Source: Chrysemys picta bellii
Lineage: Eukaryota
Length of the DNA stretch: 64,000 nt
Assembly (NCBI RefSeq): GCF_011386835.1
Contig: NC_088807.1
Span: 25,916,001 to 25,980,000, forward strand
Reading direction: 5' to 3'
The position numbers and the translations under genes were made by a program. The notes beneath the pieces are model-generated. The model did not search any database. It was not told the DNA's origin and was given only the letters and a program-made list of their open reading frames with translations. Below are positions 11,544-23,118 of this stretch, piece by piece; position 1 is the first letter of the stretch; each line of letters starts with the position of its first letter.

Positions 11544-14500
11544 TCACACCACATAAGGGGCCACCCATTCGGGGTCCACCACAGACTCTTCCACGGGCCG
11601 CTCGATGTGGAAGTTGCGCTGGTGCGGGGGTCCCTGCCGGGCCGTCCTGCCCCCCCGCTGGGGAATGGGTAGCTCCGAGTGGTGGGCGGGCAGCGGGGGG
11701 GTGAAGAAATAGGGATGCAGCAATGCCTGGGGAAGGGGAAAGAAAGGGTTAACCTGGTGACACAGCTGACCAACGGGAGAGCCTGGGGCACCCCCTGGTG
11801 GCATCTTGAGGTATTGCACTCCCCGCCCCACAGCAGCCTCGGCACCCAGCCCCGACTGCCAGGGGAGATTAGAGATGGAGGGAAGTGGGGTGCAGTGGGT
11901 TGGAGCAAGGGGGGGGGGCTGGGAGCCAGGACTCCTGGGTTCTCTCCGGGCACTGGGAGAGCAGTGGGGTTCCCTTACCTGGGCTGCCCTCACGCGCTCC
12001 CGGGAAGGGTAGACCAGGAAGCGCTCGAGCAGCTGCAGGGCCTGTGGGGGGGCGTCGGGCAGCACCTCCTCCAGCGGGATGGGCGGGTTGTCTTTGAACG
12101 AGATCTTGTTGTAGTCAGGCAGCTCCGTGATCTCCTGCCATGGGAGTCCTGGAGTCTCAGCACTGCCTGCTGCTCTAACCACCAGCCCCCACTCCCCTCC
12201 CAGAGCCGGGGAGAGAACCCAGGAGTCCTGGCTCCCAGCCCCCCCTGCTCTAACCACCAGCCCCCACTCCACTCCCAGAGCCGGGAGAGAACCCAGGAGT
12301 CCTGGCTCCCAGCCCCCTGCTCTAACCCACCAGCCCCCACTCCCCTCCCAGAGCCAGGGAGAGAACCCAGGAGTCCTGGCTCCCAGCCCCCCTGCTCTAA
12401 CTACCAGCCCCCACTCCCCTCCCACAGCCGGGGAGAGAACCCAGGAGTCCTGGCTCCCAGTCCCCCCTGCTCTAACCACCAGCCCCCACTCCCCTCCCAG
12501 AGCCAGGGAGAGAACCCAGGAGTCCTGGCTCCCAGTCCCCCCTGCTCTAACCACCAGCCCCCACTCCCCTCCCAGAGCCAGGGAGAGAACCCAGGAGTCC
12601 TGGCTCCCAGCCCCCCTGCTCTAACCACCAGCCCCCACTCCCCTCCCAGAGCAGGGGAGAGAACCCAGGAGTCCTGGCTCCCAGCCCCCCCTGCTCTAAC
12701 CACCAGCCCCCACCCCCTCCCAGAGCAGGGGAGAGAACCCAGGAGTCCTGGCTCCCAGCCCCCCTGTTCTACCCACTAGCCCCAGAGCTGGAAGAGAACC
12801 CCGGCCCCACTCACCGGCCAGACGCGCGGGCTGGGGGTCCCCAGCACCCGGAGTACACAGCAGAGCTGCTCGATGTCGTTCTCCCCGGGGAAGAGGGGCG
12901 AGTTGTTCAGCAGCTCAGCAAAAATGCAGCCCACAGCCCTGAAGCGGATGCAGAAAAGGGGGAGCAGGCCGGTGTGTGTGGGGGGGTCTATGGAACCCCA
13001 GGCATGACTCTCCATGACTGACCCCTATCCCACTGTGTCCCCGGGGTCCGCGGGGCCATCCTCACCGTCCTGAGGTGCCTCCGGGCAGCAAGGGGGGTGG
13101 GGGGGATCATTTAGGGCTCAGTCGTGGGCCCCACACACACACACGTACACACGAGAGACGCTGGACCTTCAGGATAAAAAAATAACAGGAGTTCCCGGGA
13201 CTCCCGCCTGGGGAGAGAAGCGTCAAAGCGCGACACCTGCCCGAAGAGCCGACGGCTCGCAGAAGTGCGAACTGCCTGAGTGTAACGGACACAGGGGCGC
13301 TGCCTGAGTCTGCAGAGAGCCTGAGCCGGATGCTTGTAGAAGTGAGACCTGCCCTATCACGTCTCTGCTGGGAGGTGTGGGAAGGGGCTGTGTGGGGGCT
13401 GAGACCCCCTCTAGGGCCACGCTCTGTGGTCTGGCTCCCTGTAAAGGGGCTTGGGCGGCATGATTATGTGGGGGGAGCATGGCTATGGGGCAGGACAAAA
13501 AGGGCAGGGCTAGGGCTGGATTAAGGAGGGAAGCTCCCTTGGCCAGACCCCTTCATTAAGTATGCAGTCGAATCCGGCCCCAGCAGAGATCTCTGCGTTC
13601 CGGACCCCCACATCAGCGGGGGGAGGGGATTCACGCTAACGAGCGGCTGTCCAGCCATAGCGGGGCTCGAGCATGGAGGGGAGACTAAAGATGGGGGGAT
13701 GAGGGGCCGGGGAGCTCACCACAAATCCACCCCTTCGTCATACTTCCGGGCACCGTACAGGAGCTCCGGGGCACGGTACCACCTAATGCGGAGACAGAGA
13801 GACGGTCACACACCTCCATACCCACCACTAGCATCTCCCTGCTCTATCCCACCAGCCCCCACTCCCCTCCCAGAGCCGGGAGAGAACCCAGGAGTCCTGG
13901 CACCCCGCCCTCCCTGCTCTAACCACCAGCCCCCACTCCCCTCCGAGTGCTGAGGAGAGAACCGAGGAGTCCTGGCTCCCAGTCCCCCCTGCTCTAACCA
14001 CTAGACCCCACTCCCCTCCCAGAGCTGAGGAGAGAACCCAGGAGTCCTGGCTCCCAGCCCCCTGCTCTAACCCACTAGCTCCCCACTCCCCTGCCAGAGC
14101 CGGGGAGAGAAGCCAGGAGCCCAATTCCTGGTCCCTGGCTCCGTGGATCGACCCGGTTCTGTGGCCAAAGGTTCCAGCCCAGACCCCGGCCACTCCCATT
14201 CACCTGGTGGCCACCTGGTGGCTGTAGAGCCGGCCTGCGTCACTGGAGAACACCCTGGCGAGGCCGAAATCCGCAATCTTCAGCTGCCCCGTAGAGCTGA
14301 TGAGTAAATTGGCTGGTTTCAGATCCTGCTGGGAACAATGAGTGGGTTAGAGCAGGCGGGGCTGGGAGTCCGGACTCCTGGGTTCTCTCCCCGGCTCTGG
14401 GAGGGGAGTGGGGGCTGGTGGTTAGAGCAGGCAGGGCTGGGAGTCCGGACGCCTGGGTTCTCTCCCCAGCTCTGGGAGGGGAGTGGGGCCTAGTGCTTAG

Positions 14501-16453
14501 AGCAGGGGAACTGGGAGTCCAGACGCCTGGGTTCTCTCCCCAGCTCTGGGAGGGGAGTGAGGCCTAGTGCTTAGAGCAGGGGGGGGCTGGGAGTCTGGAA
14601 GCCTGGGTTCTCTCCCCAGCTCTGGGAGGGGAGTGGGGCCTAGTGCTTAGAGCAGGGGGGCTGGCCTCACCCGGTGCATGATGTTATTGGCGTGGCAGAA
14701 GGCCACCCCCTGCAGCAACATGAGCATGTAGCCTTTCGCCTGGGCCTGCGTGAGGGGCTGCTGGGCGTTGCGGATCACCTCGGCCAGGTCCGACAGCATG
14801 TACTCGAACACCAGCACGAAGCCTGCGCCGTGGGGGAACACGGCCTTCAGCTTCACCACCTGCGACGGGGGAGACAGGGCAGAGCCGTGAGCCTAGCCAG
14901 CCTGGTGTCCCGGCCCTGCCAGGTCTCAGCCACGAGCCCATCGGCCCAGTATCCTGCCTTCGGTCCGAGCCATGGGCCCGCCCATCCCAGTGCCTGCTGC
15001 CCCTAAGCAGTTCGGCGGGCCTGCGTAGCCGAATCTCCCAGACCCACCCATAGCTCACGGCTTCTGCTTCCTTGGCATCTTAACTTACCAAGTATCTATC
15101 AGCAACAAGAAAGAAAGAAAGAAAGAAAGAAAGATCCATCCATCCAGGGGGAAAACGTGGTTAGTTTCTAACTGAATTTTTTCAGTTTTTCTGGCCAAAA
15201 CAAACAAACAAAAAACAAAACAAAACCAGACAAAATTTCATTTGGGTCACAGCAAAACCTTTTAATGGTTCCTCCCCCCGTGTTTGGGGGGGGGGGGGTG
15301 TTGGTGGAATTTACTGAATTTTTGGTGCCTGAAAACTGCATTTTTTGTCAGTTTCACTCTGTTGATTTTGTTTTGCCCAGCTCTAGAAGTGAATGAACGA
15401 AAAGACAGAAAGGCAAACAAACAAACAAAAAGTAGAGAAAGAGAAAGAAAGAATACAGAGAAAGGAACAAAGAAACAGGGGAACAAGAAAGAAAGAAAGA
15501 AGGCAGCAACCCTGAGGCAGGAGGATAGGGTAGCTGCAGTCCCGGCAGTGAAAGGGGATGTGGAGAAATAGACCTGGGGTCTCTATTTCTGACCCCCAAC
15601 ACTGTGGCTTTGCCATCACAGAACCCCAGTGCTGTAGGGCTGGCAGGAACCCCAAGAGGTCACCTCGCCCAGACCCCACTAAACTCCACTCCCCTCCCAG
15701 AGCCACGGAGAGAACCCAGGAGTCCTGGCTCCCAGCCCCCCCTGCTCTAACCACTAGACCCCACTCCCCTCCCAGAGCCGGGGAGAGAACCCAGGAGTCC
15801 TGGCTCCCAGCCCCCCCCACTCTAATCACCAGCCCCTCTCCCCTCCCAGAGCCGGGGAGAGAACCCAGGAGTCCTGGCTCCCAGCCCCCCCTGCTCTAAC
15901 CCACCAGCCCCTACTCCCCTCCCAGAGCCAGGGAGAGAACCCAGGCGTCCTGGCTCCCAGCCCCCCTGCTCTAACCTCCAGCCCCCACTCCCCTCCCAGA
16001 GCCGGGAGAGAACCCAGGCGTCCTGGCTCCCAGCCCCCCTGCTCTAACCTCCAGCCCCCACTCCCCTCCCAGAGCGGGGAGAGAATCCAGGAGTCCGGGC
16101 TCCCAGCCCCCCACTCACATGCTGATTCTCCTCAATCTCCTGTAGCGCTTTGATCTCCCGCAGCGCCTGGTTCGGGATCCCGTCCTCCAGTCTCCGCAGA
16201 GCGACCTTCTTCAATGCCACGGTCTCCCCCGTCTGTGGGGCAGGGATGTACTGAGAATAGAACCCAGGAGTCCTAGCTCCCGCTGCCCCCACTCCCCTCC
16301 CAGAGCCGTGGAGAGAACCCAGGCGGCCTGCCCCCCAGCCCTGGCTGTGGGGATCAGATCGAGGGGGGACATTCTCACCTCTACGTTCTTGGCTTTGAAG
16401 ACGATGCCGTGGGCTCCTTCCCCGATCCTGCCCAGGATGCTGTACTGGTCCAT
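11544..16453 (-). CDS. CDK20: Cyclin-dependent kinase 20 (CCRK), 8 coding exons, 341 aa
   Basis: Exons (minus): 16453-16379, 16232-16119, 14859-14671, 14325-14204, 13782-13720, 12938-12815, 12134-11979, 11726-11544. All introns GT-AG, phases consistent, total 1026 nt. Translation: [76 protein letters not shown] 5'-UTR acceptor lies at 16481-16482, with a likely non-coding exon whose donor is at 17197-17198. ATTAAA on the minus strand at 11177-11182. Confidence 0.95.
12140..12800 (-). repeat. ~74-bp SINE-head repeat array (CDK20 intron)
   Basis: About 9 units filling the intron between exons 6 and 7. Confidence 0.9.
13850..14665. repeat. Two ~74-bp SINE-head arrays in opposite orientations flanking CDK20 exon 4
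   Basis: 13850-14120 is C-rich on the plus strand; 14340-14665 is G-rich on the plus strand. Confidence 0.85.
15108..15134 (+). repeat. (AAAG)n microsatellite
   Basis: Seen directly. Confidence 0.85.
15680..16110 (-). repeat. ~74-bp SINE-head repeat array (CDK20 intron)
   Basis: Same unit, abutting the exon 2 donor. Confidence 0.85.
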
Positions 16454-16619
16454 GCTGGGCTGACTGGTTTGCACTGGGACCTGTGGGAGAGAATAATTCA
16501 CATCCTGTTAGGGGCCCCCCACCCCCAAAAGGGGCACTCGGCATTGTGGTATATCGGGGGTGGGGTGGGGGAGATGCCCTGGCCCATAATACCCTGCTCC
16601 TCACCCCTTACACTGAGGG

Positions 16620-17170
16620 AACCCCAATGCGGGGCACCTGCAATGCACTATGGGTTATTGGGGGAGCCCCATCCCACAATGCACTGCTGCCTCTCCCAGG
16701 CCAGACCCCCATTCCTAAGGCACCCACAGTGCATTGTGGGATATCAGGGGTATCCTATCTCATAACCCACTGCTTCCTCACCCCATATCTGAGGGGACCA
16801 CCCCTTTCCCTTCCCACAATGCACTGCTCCAGACAACCTCCCCCCCAATTTCTGGGGCACCTGCAGTGCATTGTGGGATACTGGTGGGTGCCTTGTCCCA
16901 TAATGCACTGCTCCCTCTCAAGTCACAGCCCCCCCCCAATCCCAAGGCACCCACAATGCATTGTGGGATACTGGAGGGGGGGCTCCCCTTTCCCTTCCCA
17001 TAATGCACTGCTCCCTCTCAAGTTATGCCCCCCATTTGAGGGGTACCCGCAGTGCATTGTGGGATACTGGGGGTGCCCCATCCCACAATGCACTGCTCCC
17101 TCGCAGGCTACCCCCCAATTCCTGAGGCACCCCAGTAGAGGGGAGGCGCCCCGTCCCACAATGCACCGCG
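16620..17170. promoter_or_regulatory. Array of ZNF143/Staf (SBS)-like sites in alternating orientation, forming inverted repeats, in the CDK20 5'-UTR intron
   Basis: About 10 copies of TCCCA(C/T)AATGCA(C/T)(T/C)G on alternating strands. Perfect 16-bp inverted pairs at 16671-16686/16727-16742 and 16812-16827/16863-16878. An 18-bp palindrome lies at 16950-16967. Confidence 0.6.
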
Positions 17171-17198
17171 CCGCCCTCTCCCCCCACAGCCCCAGTAC

Positions 17199-17295
17199 CT
17201 GGCAGGCCGGGCAGGCGCCCTGGCAACCGGGGCCCAGTTGCCTAGCAACGCACCCGGAACTGCTCGAAGCCGGCATGGGCCTGGTCACATGACAA
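17199..17295 (-). promoter_or_regulatory. CDK20 promoter / first non-coding exon with RFX X-box and palindromic E-box
   Basis: GTTGCCTAGCAAC 17237-17249, GTCACATGAC 17284-17293, and minus-strand donor cag|gtactg at 17197-17198. Confidence 0.7.
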
Positions 17296-17299
17296 GGGT

Positions 17300-17730
17300 C
17301 TGGGAGCCCGGACTCCTGGGTTCTCTCCCCGCTCTGGGAGGGGAGTGGGGGCTGGTGGTTAGAGCAGGGGGGCTGGGAGCCAGGACTCCTGGGTTCTCTC
17401 CCCGGCTCTGGGAGGGGAGCGGGGGCCGGTGGGTTAGAGCAGGGGGGCTGGGAGCCAGGACTCCTGGGTTCTCTCCCTGACTCTGGGAGGGGAGTGGGGG
17501 CTGGTGGTTAGAGCAGGGGGGGGGCGGGCTGGGAGCCAGGACTCCTGGGTTCTCTCCCCGCTCTGGGAGGGGAGTGGGGGCTGGTGATTAGAACAGGCGG
17601 GGCTGGGAGCCAGGACTCCTGGGTTCTCTCCCGGCTCTGGGAGGGGAGTAGGGGCTGGTGGTTAGAGCGGTGGGGGGGGGGGGCTAGGAGCCAGGACTCC
17701 TGGGTTCTCTCCCTGGCTCTGGGATGGGGG
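17300..17730 (+). repeat. ~74-bp SINE-head repeat array upstream of the CDK20 promoter
   Basis: Same unit. Confidence 0.85.
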
Positions 17731-19984
17731 GGGCTGGGATTCTCTGACCTCCCCATCAATCTAGTGCCCGGTTCCACCCCCAGAAGCCCCCTTGCAAGGG
17801 GCAGGGCCAGACCCCTCACCCAGGAGCTCCCAGTCCCCAGGGGCAAATGGAGCTGCCCCCATGTAAAGAAACCCCCCCGCCCCCACATCATGGGCCCCAA
17901 AGGGTCCAGGCCGCCTCCCCTGCGCCCCAGCCCCAACCCTTTGGTGTGCAGACTCCTTGCCACTGTCCCCGTTTGCCCCCTGCCAGGGACTGGGTGCACC
18001 CGCCCCACTGTGTGTTACCCCCACCACCACCACCCCTGTCATCAGTCTGTCTGGAAGATCGGCCCTTCGGGGGTCCCATTCCTCCCCTCAGGGGGCACAG
18101 GGCTGTGGTGTGTGTGTGGGGGGTCTTCTTGCATCCATGCCATCTTGCCAGAAGCTAGTGGTTAGAGCAGGTTCTCCTGGGTTCTCTCCCTGGCTCTGGG
18201 AGGGGCTGGTGGTTAGAGCAGGGGGGGCTGGGAGGCAGGACTCCTGGGTTCTCTCCCTGGCTCTGGGAGGTAAGCAGGGGCGGCTGGGAGCGAGGACTGC
18301 TGTATTCTGAGCCTCTCTCTTAGAAAAGTGGGGACAGAGGTGCTGAAACTGCAGCTGCAAGGGTTGGGGGGGGGGGGTGTCGGTAACCCTCCATTTACCC
18401 TCACCCCCCCCCCAGGCTGCTGTCCACAGCTGCTTAGGCATTTGAAAGGGACCAGCCCTGGGGGCGCTGCAAGCAGGAGCCGCGCCGCAAAATGAGTCTC
18501 AAGCGAATGAAGCCCAGGAAAGGGTGGAGATGAATTTGAAGGGGGTCTGTAGGAGTGAGCGTAGGTGGGCGGTGACAGTATGAGGTAGGAGCACAGGTTA
18601 ACCCCTGGGCCGGCGAGTCAGGCTACCAGCGCTCAGCCCTCTGTTCTGCACCAGCCACACCTCTTGCCCTGCCTCAGTTTCCCTCTCTCTGCAAAGGGAC
18701 CTTTTGTCTGAGCCGAGTACAAACACTTAAAAGCAGGGCCAGCTTGCATAGGTCTGAGAGAGCGGGCAGTGGGTCTCTCTCGCTCCGGCCGTATAGCCCC
18801 CTCCTCGAAGAGGGGAGGTCCAATCTCTGACACTCCTCCATCAGCCATCTGGTGCAGATCCCCTATACTGCTCGCACCAAGGGCGATTCTCAGTTCATTT
18901 AACCCCAGAGCATTGAAGCTGCTGAAAACAAACAGGATCGTCCCCCCCACAATCACTAGACCCTGCCCCCCAGACCCACCACTACACACACCAGTCCCCA
19001 CTCCCCTCCGTGCAACACAGTACCCCCAGTGGCAGGCAGATCATTAAACACTCGGACACACCAGCAAGTCACACACCTTTAAAAACATCTTTAAATACAA
19101 ACAATAAAAGAGGTGAAATTGGGCTCAGAACTGGGGATTTCAGGGGGCTGAGAGCAGGGGGATGTAACCTTAATTGGGACAGGTTGGGGATACACACCAA
19201 GGTGGGGTTTCCCAGGTGGATTGGGGGACAGCAGGATTCACTGGTTATGAAAATGGGGATCACACCCTTTGGGGGGGGTCACAGCCAGGCAAGATGGGAA
19301 GCATAGTCCATGGATGTACTGTCGTATGTCATACCGATTTCAAGAGGCCCCACCTAACTCCATTCCAAGAGATGCCTCCCTCCCAGCCCCCCGTCTCAAG
19401 AGCAGGGGAAGCCACTCAGAACGAGGCACCATGTCACAAGTAGTTTTAGGGTGCTGCAAAAAGACAGGCACCCCCACCACAGGGCCAGGAGCACCCCCTC
19501 ATCTATAACCCTGCAGCCCCCCTGAATTTCACCCAAGCTAAAAGAGGTGATACAGCCACCACTTGCCCTTTCAGGGGTGTATTGAACTCCATTTCTAAGC
19601 TGGAAATGGAGGCACCCTCAAACAGAATGGGGGGGTGAGCTCCAGAAAGGAGAAGATGCCAACCCCCACCCCAATTTATCCTGTAGTCCAACAACCCCCA
19701 CAGCCCATCCCCCAACGTACTAGGAAATACAGAGCAATCCCCTGACCCATAGTCCCCAGCCCCCCCCCCAAATACGCAGATTTAGAGGGGCTCCCAGCAA
19801 ACCCCTCCCTCCTCCAGAGAGGGAAACAGGCCTATTCAGCGTCGCCTCCAGGGGGAGAATCCAAGAACTGGGGGGACCAGTGGCTGGAATCACATCCTGA
19901 GCGCCGGCAAGGGGGGGGCGAATTAGCAGCTGCAGCTGCCCCCCCCAAAAAGAAACAGAGGGGACCCCCACGTACAAAGCAGCT

Positions 19985-22900
19985 TCATTGATATTGTCCG
20001 TAGCCCGGGTATCCTGGAGGCGTGGGGCTGTCCTTCAGGGACAACTGACTGGGGTCTTCACCGAACGGGTTAGCTGGGGAGGGGGGAGAAAATAACTAGT
20101 CAGAAAGCAGAGATGCAGCCACCTCTGGGCAGGGGGGCTGGGCAACAGCCCCACAACACCACACGGGGACAGCCTGACCAGCGTAGAAATGATCCACAGC
20201 CCCCTGCTAGCCCTGGGCCCGCCCCCCCCGCAGCGGGCCTCACTCCCGACCCACAGCCCCTGCTAGCCCAGCCCTGCCCCCCTCCCCCCCAGCGCGCCTC
20301 ACTCCCGACCCGCAGCCCCCTGCTAGCCCTGGGCCCGCCCCCCCCAGCGCGCCTCACTCCCGACCCACAGCCCCCTGCTAGCCCAGCCCTACCGGCGCCC
20401 CTCACTCCCGACCCACAGCCCCCTGCTAGCCCAGCCCTGCCCCCCTCCCCCCAGCGCTCCTCACTCCCGCCCCGCAGCCCCCTGCTAGCCCAGCCCTGCC
20501 CCCCTCCCCCCAGCGCGCCTCACTCCCGACCCACAGCCCCCTGCTAGCCCAGCCCTGCCCCCCTCCCCCCAGCGCGCCTCACTCCCGACCCGCAGCCCCC
20601 TGCTAGCCCTGGGCCCGCCCCCCCCAGCGCGCCTCACTCCCGACCCACAGCCCCCTGCTAGCCCTGGGCCCGCCCCCACAGCGCGCCTCACTCCCGACTC
20701 GCAGCCCCCTGCTAGCCCTGGGCCCGCCCCCCCAGCGCTCCTCACTCCCGACCCGCAGCCCCCTGCTAGCCCTGGGCCCGCCCCCCCAGTGCTCCTCACT
20801 CCCGACTCGCAGCCCCCTGCTAGCCCAGCCCTACCGGTGCCCCTCACTCCCGACCCGCAGCCCCCTGCTAGCCCAGCCCTGCACCCCTCTCCCCCAGCGC
20901 TCCTCACTCCCGACCCACAGCCCCCTGCTAGCCCAGCCCTGCCCCCTCCCCCCCAGCGCGCCTCACTCCCGACCCACAGCCCCCTGCTAGCCCAGCCCTG
21001 CCCCCCTCTCCCCCAGCGCTCCTCACTCCCGACCCACAGCCCCCTGCTAGCCCAGCCCTGCCCCCCTCCCCCCCAGCGCGCCTCACTCCCGACCCACAGC
21101 CCCCTGCTAGCCCAGCCCTGCCCCCCTCCCCCCCAGCGCGCCTCACTCCTGACCCGCAGCCCCTGCTAGCCCAGCCCTGCCCCCCTCCCCCCCAGCTCTG
21201 CCGGCGCCCCCCACTCCCGACCCGCAGCCCCTGCCAGCCCAGCCCCGGGCACTGCTTACAGTTCTGGAATTGCTGTGGCCGTGTATCTGGTGAGTAAGAT
21301 CCCGACTCCTTCTATCAAGGCCAGTAAAATGCCCCCCATCATGGCTGAGCCGACCATGGCTAACGGGCCACCTGGGGAGAAGAAGAGATGAATTAAAGAG
21401 ATGGAGCGCCTGGCAGGGGGTGTGAGGAGGCGGGGGGCCGGCAGGGGGTGCTGCACAGGGCACTCACTGCGGGAGGCGAGCACGGCCCCTGTGAGGGCCC
21501 CACTGGTGATCGAGTTCCAGGGATCTTCCTTCCCCCTCATCTTCACCAGGCCGCAGTCGATGGTGGAGAAAAGGCCCCCCCAGACAGCAAAGCTACCTGG
21601 GGAAAGGAGGGAGCAGCGATTAGATACACCTTGGCCCCCTCCCCACACTGCCCGCCTCCCCCCGCACACTACACAGCCCCCCTCACCTCCGATCTGCGGC
21701 GCTCTGATGCGGATGGCACTGACGCTCCCTTTGAACCGGTGTCGGATGCCCTAGGAGGAAGAGCAGCAGAGGAACAGTGGGGGTGAGATGCCACCCGGCC
21801 CCCACCGGGCCCCCCTTCTCCCCGTAGCGATCAGGGTCAGCGGGGAGCCACCCCAGCCAGAAGGGCCCAGCGCCATCAGCAAGACGGGAATCAGACCAAC
21901 AGTATCTGGGGCCTGGGTCCAGCTGGCGACGGAGGGGTGTCAGGGGCTGGACTCACCATGGGGGCGTTCCGGAAGCCCTTGACGGCCTGGAAGACCCCCC
22001 CACCGATCATCCCCATGGTGAAGGCGCCGCCGCAGTCGTCCACGATGCGCCATGGGCTGGAGGAGGAGAAGGGAGGTGGTTAGCCAGGTCAGGAGACCCT
22101 ACAATAAACAAACCCAGGAGCAAACCTACAACAAGCCGAGGGTGGGAACCCTACCACAACAGATCCCTGCCAACCCCTCAAGCGCAACCCCAGGATAGTG
22201 CCCCCCCCGCCCCAGGCCCGGGACGACCCACCCTACGGGAAATAACTCCCCCACCCACGGACCGGCAGCGAGCCAAACCCTACAACAACCCCTCCCAGCC
22301 AGCGCCAACCTAGTCTCACACATCCCGTCCCCTCCCCCGCCATGCCACCAGCGAGAAGAGACCCTACAATAATAATCCCCCCCCCCCCCCCCGGGAATAC
22401 CACGTGGTACAAACACACCTTCCATTCTTGTGCTCTTGGTATTTCCCAACCCTCCCTGCTTTAGTGACTTGGTATCTCCCAGCCCATGGAGCCTATGAGA
22501 GGACGGGGGGGGGGGGAGAAGAGAAGGTCCATTCCTTCTGCCCCCCCATTTCTCCCCCCAATGAACTCGCCCGCCCATAGACACCAAAGAGCTGGGACAT
22601 ACCAAGTGACCATGAATAGGGGTGTAAAGGTTCTCGAGAGCCCACCCACCCCTATAATGGTTCCTCCCCCCGGAGCCGCCGAGACGGGGAAAGGGGCGAA
22701 GGACGGGAACGGGTGGATCCATTGCAGGGAGGTTGGCGGGGGGAGGGCTGGGCAAATCCATTCCCGAAAGGGGGCGCTACTGGGAGAGGGGAGTTGGGTG
22801 AATCCATTCCAGGAGAAAGGGGCGATAGACAAGGGGTCCCTCCCCCTCCACTACTCCTCCAATGGACTCGCCCACCCATAGGCTGGCAGCTACCAAGGGA

Positions 22901-23118
22901 CCAAACACGGGGGGGAGGGGGGGGGGAGACTCCGCTCTGAACCCACCGGTCACCTCCCCCACCTAATGGAGCGGCCCACAGGCCCCTGCCATGGGGGGGG
23001 GGGGGGGAGAGACCAATTCCCCTCCCAATGGACTCGCCCGCCGGGCGGTACCAAGCGCCCCGCGCGGGGGGAGGCGGGCCCCGGCCGCTCACCAGGGCTC
23101 CCGGGCATATTCCTCCAT
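19985..23118 (-). CDS. TIMM17B: Mitochondrial inner membrane translocase subunit TIM17-B, 6 coding exons; exon 5 carries one extra base
   Basis: Exons: 23118-23093, 22056-21957, 21750-21687, 21596-21468, 21371-21260, 20073-19985. Translation: [96 protein letters not shown]. The last exon encodes [28 protein letters not shown]. Total is 520 nt; removing one base near 21276-21279 gives 172 aa plus stop. Confidence 0.93.
20190..21245 (+). repeat. ~58-bp minisatellite filling TIMM17B intron 5
   Basis: cagcgcgcctcactcccgacccacagccccctgctagcccagccctgccccc units; shares the core cctcactcccgacccgcagcccc with 5640-6440. Confidence 0.9.

Noticed and set aside
18630-18925. Good minus-strand acceptor (tgtttgttttcag) opening a 122-aa ORF
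   Set aside because: No matching donor or recognisable peptide; likely TIMM17B 3' UTR or intergenic sequence.
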